Both the position numbers and the translations under genes were made by a program. Source: an uncultured Oscillospiraceae bacterium (GTDB lineage: Bacteria; Bacillota; Clostridia; Oscillospirales; Oscillospiraceae). From it: 64,000 nucleotides of DNA. The stretch is taken from assembly GCA_910588135.1 (NCBI GenBank), contig CAJUOT010000005.1, positions 4,422 through 68,421 on the forward strand, given 5' to 3'. Below are positions 8,079 through 16,674 of this stretch, piece after piece (positions within the stretch are counted from its first letter, which is position 1; every line of letters starts with the position of its first letter). The notes beneath the pieces were generated by a model, which was given only the letters and a program-made list of their open reading frames with translations, was not told the origin of the DNA and ran no database searches.

Positions 8079-8840
8079 ATGTCCGGACGAGAAAAGAGCG
8101 CCCTATACCCCAAGGCCAGTTGGAACGACTGCCTTGAGTTTACGAGGACGATTGCCGGCTTTAACTTAAAATCTGTATCTTACAAAGAGGTGGCCAAGAA
8201 ATATGGCGTAAACAATCTCGGGACCAAATCTTTTGTCGGCAGGATCAGCACCTGCAAGCAGTTCGGTCTTATCACCACCACTGGGGGCGAGGCAATCCAG
8301 CTCACTGACACGGCCAAGCGGCTCTTGTTCCCTACGGGGGAAGATGTGCGGCCAATTGAACTCGCCTGCTTCTCCGCACCGCCCCTGTATGGCAAGCTGG
8401 TGACTGCCTACGACGGGAAAGCGGTTCCCAGCCAGGACATTTTGGCGAATATCCTGATGACAAACCATCGTATCCAGCCCACGGTGAAGGATATGGCGGC
8501 GCGGTTGTTCCTTGAGAGCGCCTCGCAGCTCAATTTGGTGAAGGGCGGCATCCTGTGCTACTCTGAAACGGAAGATGAATCAAAAAAAGACCAGAGCCCT
8601 CCGACAAAAAACCAGGGACAGGGACTGGAGGGGGCGGCCCAGCCCATCGTCGCGCCTGCCCCGGCCTGCGTGGTCCCGGCAGAGGGGGACGCCGACTACA
8701 TCACCCAGTCCATCCCCTTTGCATCTGGCAAGGTTGCCCGGTTTATCATCCCAGTGGATGCTGGGGAGGACGACCTTCTGCTCCTGCGGGATATGTTTGA
8801 CGTGTTGCTGAAGCGCAAGTTCAAGGTTAAGATAGAATAA
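8079..8840 (+). CDS. Hypothetical protein (orphan). N-terminal half looks winged-helix-like, followed by a low-complexity linker and a short conserved-looking C-terminal module
   Basis: ATG 8079 follows AAAGGGGGGAG. 253 aa and visibly lower GC than neighbouring genes. I recognise no family motif. A Q/P/A-rich linker (KKDQSPPTKNQGQGLEGAAQPIVAPAPA) separates the two halves. Confidence 0.6.
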   Translation: MSGREKSALYPKASWNDCLEFTRTIAGFNLKSVSYKEVAKKYGVNNLGTKSFVGRISTCKQFGLITTTGGEAIQLTDTAKRLLFPTGEDVRPIELACFSAPPLYGKLVTAYDGKAVPSQDILANILMTNHRIQPTVKDMAARLFLESASQLNLVKGGILCYSETEDESKKDQSPPTKNQGQGLEGAAQPIVAPAPACVVPAEGDADYITQSIPFASGKVARFIIPVDAGEDDLLLLRDMFDVLLKRKFKVKIE

Positions 8841-8997
8841 AAAAGCAGACCACCCGTAAGGTGGCCTGCCTCTTGAACCTGTGCGCACACACAGATCCTG
8901 TCGGCGCGTATGCCGGGGTGCATGAATGCACAACTTCATTGTACCATACCCTGCCGCGGAGTTCAAGAGGAACCTTCTGACAAGGAGGTGCTACTCT

Positions 8998-9123
8998 ATG
9001 GTTGATGATTACGTGGAGATCTTTACCCCGTACATCACGCGAAAGGGCGTGCGTGTTTGGGCCAGCCAGTATGGCCTGAAGGCGTTTTGCCTGCGCATCC
9101 CCCGCGAGAAGTACCGCGGATAA
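8998..9123 (+). CDS. Small basic hypothetical protein (41 aa)
   Basis: ATG 8998 lies 7 nt after AAGGAGGTG. Sequence MVDDYVEIFTPYITRKGVRVWASQYGLKAFCLRIPREKYRG. A strong terminator follows immediately. The longer 65-aa version from 8926 has no RBS. Confidence 0.5.
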   Translation: MVDDYVEIFTPYITRKGVRVWASQYGLKAFCLRIPREKYRG

Positions 9124-9128
9124 TCCAC

Positions 9129-9173
9129 AGCGAGGGCCTGCTCCGGCGCAGGCCCTCGCTTTTTGCGTTTTTT
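9129..9173 (+). terminator. Rho-independent terminator
   Basis: AGCGAGGGCCTG-loop-CAGGCCCTCGCT followed by TTTTTGCGTTTTTT. Confidence 0.8.
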
Positions 9174-9181
9174 GGGAAAGG

Positions 9182-9922
9182 CTATCCGTGAAGGTTGCGC
9201 CATTCCCCGGGAGAGACGCCCTCCAGCTTTTTGAATACCCGGGAAAAATGGGCGGTGTCGGCGTAGCCCACCCGCTCGGCAATCTCGCTGATGCGCAGGG
9301 CCGGGTCCTCCAGCAGCTCGCGGGCGTGGCGCATCCGCTCGGCGTTGAGCACGTCGTAAAACGCCTGCCCCAGGTGTTTGTTCAGCAGCTTGGACAGGTG
9401 CCACTGGCTGACAAAGCAGTGGTCCGCCACCTCCTGAAGGGACAGCTTTGAGCCGCTGTGCAGGGCGATGTACGCCCTGGCCTGCCGGACAATGAAGCTG
9501 TTGGCGGCGGCGTCCGGTTCCTCCGGCTCCCGGCTCTCCGGGGGGAGACGGTCCAGCGTGCCGGTCATGTAGGCCAGCGCCTCTTCCAGCTCGTCCATTT
9601 TGGAGGGCTTGAGCAGGAACCGGGTCACACCCAGCCGGATGGCTCGCTGGGCATACTCAAAGTCCCGGTAGCCGGTGAGGACGGCGATCTGCATCCGGGG
9701 AAACTCTCCCTTCAGCCCCGCAAGCATGGTCAGCCCGTCCTCCCCGGGCATTTTGATGTCGGTGAACAAGATATCCGGGCGGTGCTCCCGGATGGCCTGC
9801 GCGCCCGAGCGGGCGTCGCAGGCGGTGGCCGCCACCTGGCAGTTGTGGGCGGCCCAGTCCACCACCTGCCGCAGCCCCTCCACGATGAGGGCCTCGTCGT
9901 CCACCAGCACGACCTTGTACAT
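9182..9922 (-). CDS. Two-component response regulator, receiver + AraC-type HTH output (YesN-like)
   Basis: MYKVVLVDDEALIVEGL...DILFTDIKMPGEDGL is a receiver domain. The C-terminus has AraC HTH motifs (LSLQEVADHCFVSQWHLSKLLNK..., ISEIAERVGYADTAHFSRVFKK). RBS GGAGGTGA. Confidence 0.85.
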   Translation of the reverse strand: MYKVVLVDDEALIVEGLRQVVDWAAHNCQVAATACDARSGAQAIREHRPDILFTDIKMPGEDGLTMLAGLKGEFPRMQIAVLTGYRDFEYAQRAIRLGVTRFLLKPSKMDELEEALAYMTGTLDRLPPESREPEEPDAAANSFIVRQARAYIALHSGSKLSLQEVADHCFVSQWHLSKLLNKHLGQAFYDVLNAERMRHARELLEDPALRISEIAERVGYADTAHFSRVFKKLEGVSPGEWRNLHG

Positions 9923-10016
9923 ATGCCGTCACCTCCTGAGATCATGATACCAGGAAAAATCAGGATGCGCAAGGGCGGCCGCCATGTTTCGCGCAAAACA
10001 ACCGTTCTGATCCGGG

Positions 10017-10874
10017 TCAGCCCTTGACCGCCCCGGCGGTGAGGCCCTTGATGATGTGCTTCTGGAGCATGACGTACACCACCAGTACGGGGATGACGAT
10101 GAGCACCACCGACGCCGCCATCAGGCCGTAATCCACTCCGGCCTGGGAGCTGATCTCATTGAGCAGCAGGGTAATGGTCTTTTCCCGGGGCACCCGGAGG
10201 AAGAAGTTCTGGGTGAACAGGTCGTTGTAGCTCCACAGGAAGGAGAAAATGGCCACCGTGGCGAAGGACGACTTGGCCGCGGGCATGATGATGTGGAAAT
10301 ACACCTGGAACACGTGGCAGCCGTCCACATAGGCGCTCTCCTCTAGCTCAATGGGCACCGACTCGATAAAGCCCATAAGCACGATGGTGGCGAAGCACAG
10401 GTTGCCCGCGATCTGGGGCAGGATCACGGCCAGCAGGGACAGCCAGCGGCTGCCGCTGCTGGCGATGCCCCAGGCGGCCTCCATGCGGAACACCGGGATG
10501 ATGGTGGAGAACACCGGGAACATCATCCCCGCCATGATGAGGCTGTAGCATACGCCCCGCAGCTTGAAGCGGTAGCGCACCAGCCCATAGGCCGCCAGCC
10601 CCGCCAGAACCACCACCACGATGGTGACGGAGACGGACACGATGAGGCTGTTCAGGTAGGCGTTGCCGAAGTCAAACCGCTCCATGGCCTTGGTGTAATT
10701 GTCCATGGTGAAGCCGTTTCCCGGGGTGGGAATGGAGAAGGAGTCCTTGCGGATGAGCCCTTTGTCCCGGAAGGAGTTCAAAATGACCCACACAAAGGGG
10801 TACAGGGTGGTCAGCGCCCAGACGGTGAGGGCCCCATAGGTGCAAACCTTTGCCGGCGTTATTTTTCTGCCCAT
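10017..10874 (-). CDS. Carbohydrate ABC transporter permease (MalG/BPD_transp_1 type)
   Basis: 285 aa, about 6 TM helices, EAA-like loop (ESVPIELEESAYVDGC). RBS GGAGGG. Confidence 0.85.
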   Translation of the reverse strand: MGRKITPAKVCTYGALTVWALTTLYPFVWVILNSFRDKGLIRKDSFSIPTPGNGFTMDNYTKAMERFDFGNAYLNSLIVSVSVTIVVVVLAGLAAYGLVRYRFKLRGVCYSLIMAGMMFPVFSTIIPVFRMEAAWGIASSGSRWLSLLAVILPQIAGNLCFATIVLMGFIESVPIELEESAYVDGCHVFQVYFHIIMPAAKSSFATVAIFSFLWSYNDLFTQNFFLRVPREKTITLLLNEISSQAGVDYGLMAASVVLIVIPVLVVYVMLQKHIIKGLTAGAVKG

Positions 10875-10886
10875 GACGCGCCCTCC

Positions 10887-11786
10887 TTACAAATCGTTCC
10901 GGGGCTTGAACACCCGGTTGGCCACGTTGGACAGCACCACCCCCAGCACCACGATGAGCATGGCGATGGTGGAGCCATAGTCCACGTTGCCGCGGTTGAA
11001 GGTCTGGTGGTACATATAGGTGCCGGTGAGCCAGCCCCGGTTCTGGGGCATCCCCGCGCCGAACATCACCCAGGGCAGGTCAAACACCTTCAGCGCCCCG
11101 GTGATGGCCAGCACCAGGCAGGTGCACAGCACGTTGCGCAGCAGGGGCAGGGTGATGTAGCGCACCTTGGCAAGGCCCACGCAGCCGTCCAGGGCGGCGG
11201 CCTCGTAGAGGTCCTGGGAGATGTTGTTCAGCCCCGTCACCAGAATCACGAAGTAGAAGCCCACGTACTGCCACATCACAGGGGTGAGCATGGTGGGCAG
11301 GAAGTGGTCCGCGTCCTTCCAGTCGATGTTTTTGGAGATCAGGCCCAGGTTCATCAAAAGCTGGTTGAGCATACCGCCGTTGAACAGGAAGATCAGGTTG
11401 AACATCAGGCCCAGGGCGGTGGCGGAGATGACGATGGGGAAGAAATACAGGGTGCGGAACGCCTGGGCCCCCACCCGGATGGAGTCCACCAGCAGGGCCA
11501 GAATGAGGGCGATGCCCACCTGGAACACCACGGTGCAGACGGTGAGCAGCACCGTATTGATCAGGGCGGTGCGCAGGTGGGGGTCCCGGAAGAGCTCGGC
11601 GTAGTTGGACCACCAGGGGTCGTTGAGCCCCTGGGCGGGAGTGCCCAGGCCGGTGATGTCGGAGAAGCTGTTGATGATATTCTGGACGAAGGGATAGTAG
11701 AGGTAGAGGATCAGGAACAGGAACGCCGGGAGCAGAAAGACCACCAGCGGGCCTTTTCGTTTATACAGGGTGGAGCTTGAACTCAT
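10887..11786 (-). CDS. Carbohydrate ABC transporter permease (MalF type)
   Basis: 299 aa, polytopic, EAA loop (ISQDLYEAAALDGCVGLAKVRYITLPLL). Confidence 0.85.
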   Translation of the reverse strand: MSSSSTLYKRKGPLVVFLLPAFLFLILYLYYPFVQNIINSFSDITGLGTPAQGLNDPWWSNYAELFRDPHLRTALINTVLLTVCTVVFQVGIALILALLVDSIRVGAQAFRTLYFFPIVISATALGLMFNLIFLFNGGMLNQLLMNLGLISKNIDWKDADHFLPTMLTPVMWQYVGFYFVILVTGLNNISQDLYEAAALDGCVGLAKVRYITLPLLRNVLCTCLVLAITGALKVFDLPWVMFGAGMPQNRGWLTGTYMYHQTFNRGNVDYGSTIAMLIVVLGVVLSNVANRVFKPRNDL

Positions 11787-11835
11787 GTGCGGTCACCTTC
11801 CCTTGTAGTTGATGTGAGAGGGTTCCGGTCGCCCC

Positions 11836-11875
11836 TAAAAGCCGACCCGCAACCCAGCGAAGCGGTTGCGGGTCG
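11836..11875 (-). terminator. Intra-operon hairpin with U-tract after the binding-protein gene (partial terminator or stabiliser)
   Basis: Minus strand: CCGACCCGCAAC-loop-GTTGCGGGTCGG followed by CTTTT. It lies between the SBP stop (11949) and the permease start (11786). Confidence 0.55.
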
Positions 11876-11948
11876 GAGATGGGGCGCAAGGGAGCGGACG
11901 AAGCCTTCGGCGCGGCCGGAAGCAAAGTCAGGCGGACTTTGTACCGAA

Positions 11949-13271
11949 TCAGTTGAGTTCGATGGCGGAGGCCACGGCCTCCTCGGCGGTCATGACGCCG
12001 GTGACCACATTCTGCACGTTGCCGAACAGGTCGGTTTTCGCCTCGCCGGTGATGGTGTCCTGCACCGCGCCGATGACGCCGGTGATGGCGGAGTTGGCGT
12101 CGGCGGCGGACTGCTGGAGAGGATTCAGGCCGGAGGGGGACGCGCCATTCTTCAGGGCGGTGACCTCGGTGGTGACGAAGTTGCTCATCACCTCATCGGA
12201 GGTCATATGCTTGACGAACTCCACGGCGGCCTCCCGCTTGGCGGGGTCGTCCCAGGCCTTCTTGGTGATGAAGTAGCCCATGGAGATGCCGCCGATGGCC
12301 TCGCTGGCCTTGCGCTCGCCCTTGGCGGGGACGTAGGAGATGGCGAACTCCTCCAGATGCTCGGGATAATTGTCCACAAAGTGGGTGACCTTCCAGGAGC
12401 CGTCGATGAGGAAAGCGGCCTCGCCGTCGCCAAAGAGCTGGACGGTCTCCGCGTCGGTGGCGGTGAGGGTGTTCACGGGGAAGAAGCCGCGCTCATACAG
12501 GTCCTTGATATCGTTGAGGGCGGCGGCCCATTTTTTGCCCACGGCGTCATCCGCGGCCTTGGGCACGTCCAGCTGGTTGGCCAGGGTGCCGTTGTTCATC
12601 ACGCAGAACTCGAACCAGTAGTGGGGCACCTCGAACAGGGAGCAGGCGATGGGGGTGTAGCCCTTGGCCTTGATGGTCTCGCAGTCCTTCAGGAACTGAT
12701 CCCAGGTGTAGTCCGGGCCGGGGACGGCCACGCCGCAGTCGGCCAGCACCTTGGTGTTGACGAACATATTCTCCCAGAAGCCGGAGGAGGGGACGGCGTA
12801 GTTTTTCCCGTCGGAGGCGGCGGCCAGCATGGAGTCGCGCATATTGTCCGCGTAGTCGGGGTATTCCGCGCGGATGGTGGCCAGATCCACCACCTTGCCC
12901 GCCTTCACGATGGGCTCGGCGTCGGCGTTGGTGAAGAAGAAGAGCACGTCGGGCTCGGTTCCGGTTTCAAAGTCGGTGAGCACCTTGGCCTTCCACTCCT
13001 CGTTGGAGGTGCCGGAGGCGTCCTGAATCTTGTTGCCGGTGGCTTCCTCATAGGCCTTCACGGCGTTTTCGTAGTTTTTCCGGTTGCCGTCGTCGCCGCC
13101 GTAAGACGTGACTACGGTGAGCTCCACGGAGGCGGCGGGCTTCTGGGAGTCCTGGCCGCCGGAGCTGGGCTTGTCGTCTGGCTTGTCGGCGGGCTTGCCG
13201 GCGCAGCCCGCCAGCAGGGTCAAAAGCATCATGGCGGCAAGAAGAAGGGCAAGCAGTCTGTTCTTTTTCAT
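11949..13271 (-). CDS. ABC transporter extracellular sugar-binding lipoprotein
   Basis: MKKNRLLALLLAAMMLLTLLAGCAG is a lipoprotein signal with a lipobox Cys. A family-1 SBP-like body follows. ATG 13271 follows GGAGG. Confidence 0.85.
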   Translation of the reverse strand: MKKNRLLALLLAAMMLLTLLAGCAGKPADKPDDKPSSGGQDSQKPAASVELTVVTSYGGDDGNRKNYENAVKAYEEATGNKIQDASGTSNEEWKAKVLTDFETGTEPDVLFFFTNADAEPIVKAGKVVDLATIRAEYPDYADNMRDSMLAAASDGKNYAVPSSGFWENMFVNTKVLADCGVAVPGPDYTWDQFLKDCETIKAKGYTPIACSLFEVPHYWFEFCVMNNGTLANQLDVPKAADDAVGKKWAAALNDIKDLYERGFFPVNTLTATDAETVQLFGDGEAAFLIDGSWKVTHFVDNYPEHLEEFAISYVPAKGERKASEAIGGISMGYFITKKAWDDPAKREAAVEFVKHMTSDEVMSNFVTTEVTALKNGASPSGLNPLQQSAADANSAITGVIGAVQDTITGEAKTDLFGNVQNVVTGVMTAEEAVASAIELN

Positions 13272-13440
13272 AGTAAAACCTCCATAAAATTTTGTGCATC
13301 CCGCATTGTTTTTGTGCAATCTCATCATACACTATTTTGCGCTCCGGGCGAATAGCGCGAATTGCCATTTCTTGTACGTCCTTGGGAGGAAGCGGGGAGG
13401 CATGGAGAGGAGGGCCAACGGGAGTCAAAAAACCCCAATT

Positions 13441-15150
13441 TCAGGAACTCTGCTCAGGGTTCGGTAGGGAGATGGTGAGCCGGGCGGTGACCAGCCCCCC
13501 CTGCCCGGCGAAGATGGACAGGCCGCAGTCCGGCCCGTAGAGGATGCGCAGGCGCTGGTTCACGTTGGCGATGCCGATATTGCCGGAGGGCTCCCCGGCC
13601 ATGTCATAGTCCGGGGAGAGCAGGCGGGCGATGTGTTCCTCGTCCTGCCGGGACAGCCCGCCGTCGTTTTCAATCTCCAGAATGAGAAAGCCGTCCCGCA
13701 GGTATCCCCGCAGGGTCACCCGGCCCTCCCCTCCGGGGCGTATGCCGTGCTCCACCGCGTTTTCAATGACGGGCTGGAGGATGAGCCGGGGCACCATGCA
13801 GGCCATCAGCCCGTCCGGCAGGTCGATATCCACGGCCAGGCGCTGGCCGAACCGCTGCCTGACAATGTAGAGGTAGGCGTTGACATAGGTCATCTCCTCC
13901 GAAAGGCGCACCTCCGGCATCCCCTTGCGGTCCAGCGCGGCGTCCAGCACGGTGGACAGGGCCTCAATCATTTTGGCGGTTTTGGCGTCCCCGCTCATCC
14001 GGGCCTGCCAGTTGATGCTCTCCAGGGTGTTGTTGAGGAAGTGGGGGTTGATATGGGCCTGGAGGGCTTTGATCTGGGCGTCCCGCCGGGCCAGCTCCTC
14101 CTGATAGAGCCGGTGAAACTGGGTGTGGAGCTGGGCGGACATCTGGTTGAAGGAGTCGGCAAGGTACTCGAACTCCCGGCTTCCGGCGGCGTAATCAACC
14201 TGACGGCCCCACTGGCCCTCCCGGATGTCCGCCGCCCCGGCCATCAGCGCGGCGATGGGATCGGAAATTTTCCGCCGGAAAAAGCGGAAGGTGAACAGCA
14301 GCAGAAGAAGAAGGGACAGGCCCATGGCCCCCAGCAGCCAGGGGTAGGCGTCAAAGCCAGCCATCAGCACGCCGTAGTCGGCCTCCGCCCGTCCCCGCAG
14401 GGTGTAGTCCCGGGCGCTGACGGTGTGTTCCAGCGCCCTGTCCCCCGGATGGGGCGGGGCGTTCCCCTTGAGATGGAGGGAGGCGTGCGGCCCCAGCTCC
14501 ACCTCAAGGCTGGACACCCAGGGGAGCAGGGACAGGTTTTCAAAATAGTAGGGCAGGTCCAGGGCCAGGGCCAGCACCCCGATGGGCCGGTAGTCGGAGT
14601 CCACCAGGTTGCGCACCAGATAGACCTGTCCGCCCCGTTTCAAAAAACCGACCGAGGTGTCCAGCGTTTCGGCCAGCTCCAGCACGGCGGGCAGGTCGCC
14701 GCGCCACTGGTCCCGCAGCTCCCGGCTGGACAGCAGTCCGGAGCTGCCGTTCACCACGGTGATGGACATCTTCTGGGGGTCCCGGTCAAAGGAGAACACG
14801 GCGTACAGAAAGCGGCTGTCCGACTGGTACAGGCGGTTGAACAGGGCGTAGCAGCGGCGGTACAGCAGGGCGTAGTTTCCGTCCCTGCGGTACTGGCTCC
14901 AGCCGTCCCGGAGTTCCGGATCGTAGGAGGGCAGGCGGGAGGCCTCCACCGCGCTCTCCACCCGGTCGGCCCCCATCTGGAGGTTGAGCTGGAACTGCTC
15001 TTCCACGGACTGGCGGGTCTGGCGGCCCAGGCCGAAGGTCAGGTAACTGCCCAGGATGACCGCCGCCAGCACCATGGGCAGCAGCCAGCACAGCAGGATG
15101 ATAAAGGTCATCTGTCCCCGTAGGGAGCGGTTTCGCCGGGTTTTCGCCAC
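13441..15150 (-). CDS. Sensor histidine kinase, YesM/LytS-type (2 TM, HAMP, His_kinase PF06580-like, HATPase_c)
   Basis: HINPHFLNNTLESINW (phospho-acceptor box), IENAVEHGI, GIGIANVNQRLRILYG. The start is uncertain. GTG 15150 follows AGAGAGGGG by about 7 nt. The maximal ORF runs to GTG 15186. Confidence 0.8.
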   Translation of the reverse strand: MAKTRRNRSLRGQMTFIILLCWLLPMVLAAVILGSYLTFGLGRQTRQSVEEQFQLNLQMGADRVESAVEASRLPSYDPELRDGWSQYRRDGNYALLYRRCYALFNRLYQSDSRFLYAVFSFDRDPQKMSITVVNGSSGLLSSRELRDQWRGDLPAVLELAETLDTSVGFLKRGGQVYLVRNLVDSDYRPIGVLALALDLPYYFENLSLLPWVSSLEVELGPHASLHLKGNAPPHPGDRALEHTVSARDYTLRGRAEADYGVLMAGFDAYPWLLGAMGLSLLLLLLFTFRFFRRKISDPIAALMAGAADIREGQWGRQVDYAAGSREFEYLADSFNQMSAQLHTQFHRLYQEELARRDAQIKALQAHINPHFLNNTLESINWQARMSGDAKTAKMIEALSTVLDAALDRKGMPEVRLSEEMTYVNAYLYIVRQRFGQRLAVDIDLPDGLMACMVPRLILQPVIENAVEHGIRPGGEGRVTLRGYLRDGFLILEIENDGGLSRQDEEHIARLLSPDYDMAGEPSGNIGIANVNQRLRILYGPDCGLSIFAGQGGLVTARLTISLPNPEQSS

Positions 15151-15209
15151 TGCGGACACCCCTCTCTTTTTTCCATAGAATACCACAGGACGGGCGGGCC
15201 TGCCAGAGG

Positions 15210-15235
15210 AAAAACGGGGGCCTTGGGGCCCCCGT
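15210..15235 (-). terminator. Rho-independent terminator after the phosphoglucomutase gene
   Basis: Minus strand: ACGGGGGCC-CCAA-GGCCCCCGT followed by TTTTT. Confidence 0.75.
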
Positions 15236-15240
15236 CTGGT

Positions 15241-16674
15241 CTATTCGATATTCCGGCCCTCCAGGCCCAGGAACTGCTCCATGCACGCCGCCACCTCGGC
15301 GGCCCGCCCGGCGGTGTCCATCTCGCAGAACACCCGCAGCAGCGGCTCCGTGCCGGAGAACCGGGCCACCACCCAGCCGCCGTTCCGGAAGTACACCTTG
15401 CAGCCGTCGGCGTAGCTCACCTTCTCAAGCTCCAGGCCGAAATCGGGCAGCTGCTTGTCTTCCATGAGCAGCCTGCTGATGCGCGCCTTTTCCTCCGGGG
15501 AGAAGCGGTAGCCCCGCTCGGCCATCTCAAACGTGCCGTAGCGGTCCACGATCTCCTGGTAGATCTCGGACAGCCTGCGGCCCGTGGTGGCCATCATCTC
15601 CACCAGCAGGGAGGCGGCGTAGATGCCATCCTTGCCCTGGATATGGCCCCGGACAGTGAGCCCGCCGGAGCTCTCCCCGCCGATCACCGCCCCGGTGTCC
15701 AGCATTTTGCCGGACACGTGCTTGAAGCCTACGGGGACCTCATAACAGGTTTCGCCGAATTCCGCGGCGATGGCGTCCAGCAGGTGGGTGGTGGCGATGT
15801 TGCGCACCGCCGCCCCGTGCCAGCCCTTGTAGCGCAGCAGGTAATAGTACAGCAGCACCAGGATCTTGTTGGGGTGGAGGAACTCGCCCCGGTCGTCGAT
15901 GACGCCCAGACGGTCGGCGTCGCCGTCGGTGGCGATGCCGATGTCGCAGCCGTTCTCCACCACAAAGGACTGCAGGCCGATGAGGGTTTTGCTGTTGGGG
16001 GCGGGCAGGCGGCCGCCGAACAGGGCGTCCCGCCGCTCGTGGATCACGTCCACGTCGCACCGGGCGGTGATGAGGATGGTGCTCAGCGCCGTTTTGGACA
16101 CGCCGAACATGGGGTCCAGCACCACCTTCAGCCCCCGGGAGCGGATGGCGTCCATGTTGACCGAGCGGATCACCGAGTCGATGTAGGCGTTCATGGGGTC
16201 GATGACCTGGATCTGGCCCGTGCGCACCCCCTCTTCGTAAGGGACGGAGGGATACGGTTCGCCGGGCAGGGCGGTGAGGTACTCCTCAATATTGCCGGTG
16301 ACCGTCTCGTCCGCGTCCCGCCCCCCCTTGGTGAACACCTTTACGCCGTTGTAAAGGGCGGGGTTGTGGCTGGCGGTGACCGCCATGCCATAGGGCAGCT
16401 CGTAGTAGCGCACGGCGAACATGATGAGGGGGGTGGGAGCTTCCCGCTCCACCACCATGCAGGGCACGCCCGACCCGGCCATCACCTCGGCGGCCCAGTG
16501 GGCGGCCTCCCTGGACAGGAAGCGGCGGTCATAGCCGATCAGAAAGCCCCGCTGGGCCACGCCCTCGTCCTTCATTTTCTGAGCCAGGGCCGCGGCGAGC
16601 CGCTGGACATTGGCCCTGGTGAAGCCGTCCCCGATGATAGCACGCCAGCCTCCGGTTCCAAATGTAATGCTCAT
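15241..16674 (-). CDS. Phosphoglucomutase/phosphomannomutase family protein
   Basis: MSITFGTGGWRAIIG..., active-site TASHNPALYNG, Mg site ATDGDADRLGV, GGESSGG. The ATG at 16674 overlaps the GH94 stop as ATGA. Confidence 0.85.
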   Translation of the reverse strand: MSITFGTGGWRAIIGDGFTRANVQRLAAALAQKMKDEGVAQRGFLIGYDRRFLSREAAHWAAEVMAGSGVPCMVVEREAPTPLIMFAVRYYELPYGMAVTASHNPALYNGVKVFTKGGRDADETVTGNIEEYLTALPGEPYPSVPYEEGVRTGQIQVIDPMNAYIDSVIRSVNMDAIRSRGLKVVLDPMFGVSKTALSTILITARCDVDVIHERRDALFGGRLPAPNSKTLIGLQSFVVENGCDIGIATDGDADRLGVIDDRGEFLHPNKILVLLYYYLLRYKGWHGAAVRNIATTHLLDAIAAEFGETCYEVPVGFKHVSGKMLDTGAVIGGESSGGLTVRGHIQGKDGIYAASLLVEMMATTGRRLSEIYQEIVDRYGTFEMAERGYRFSPEEKARISRLLMEDKQLPDFGLELEKVSYADGCKVYFRNGGWVVARFSGTEPLLRVFCEMDTAGRAAEVAACMEQFLGLEGRNIE

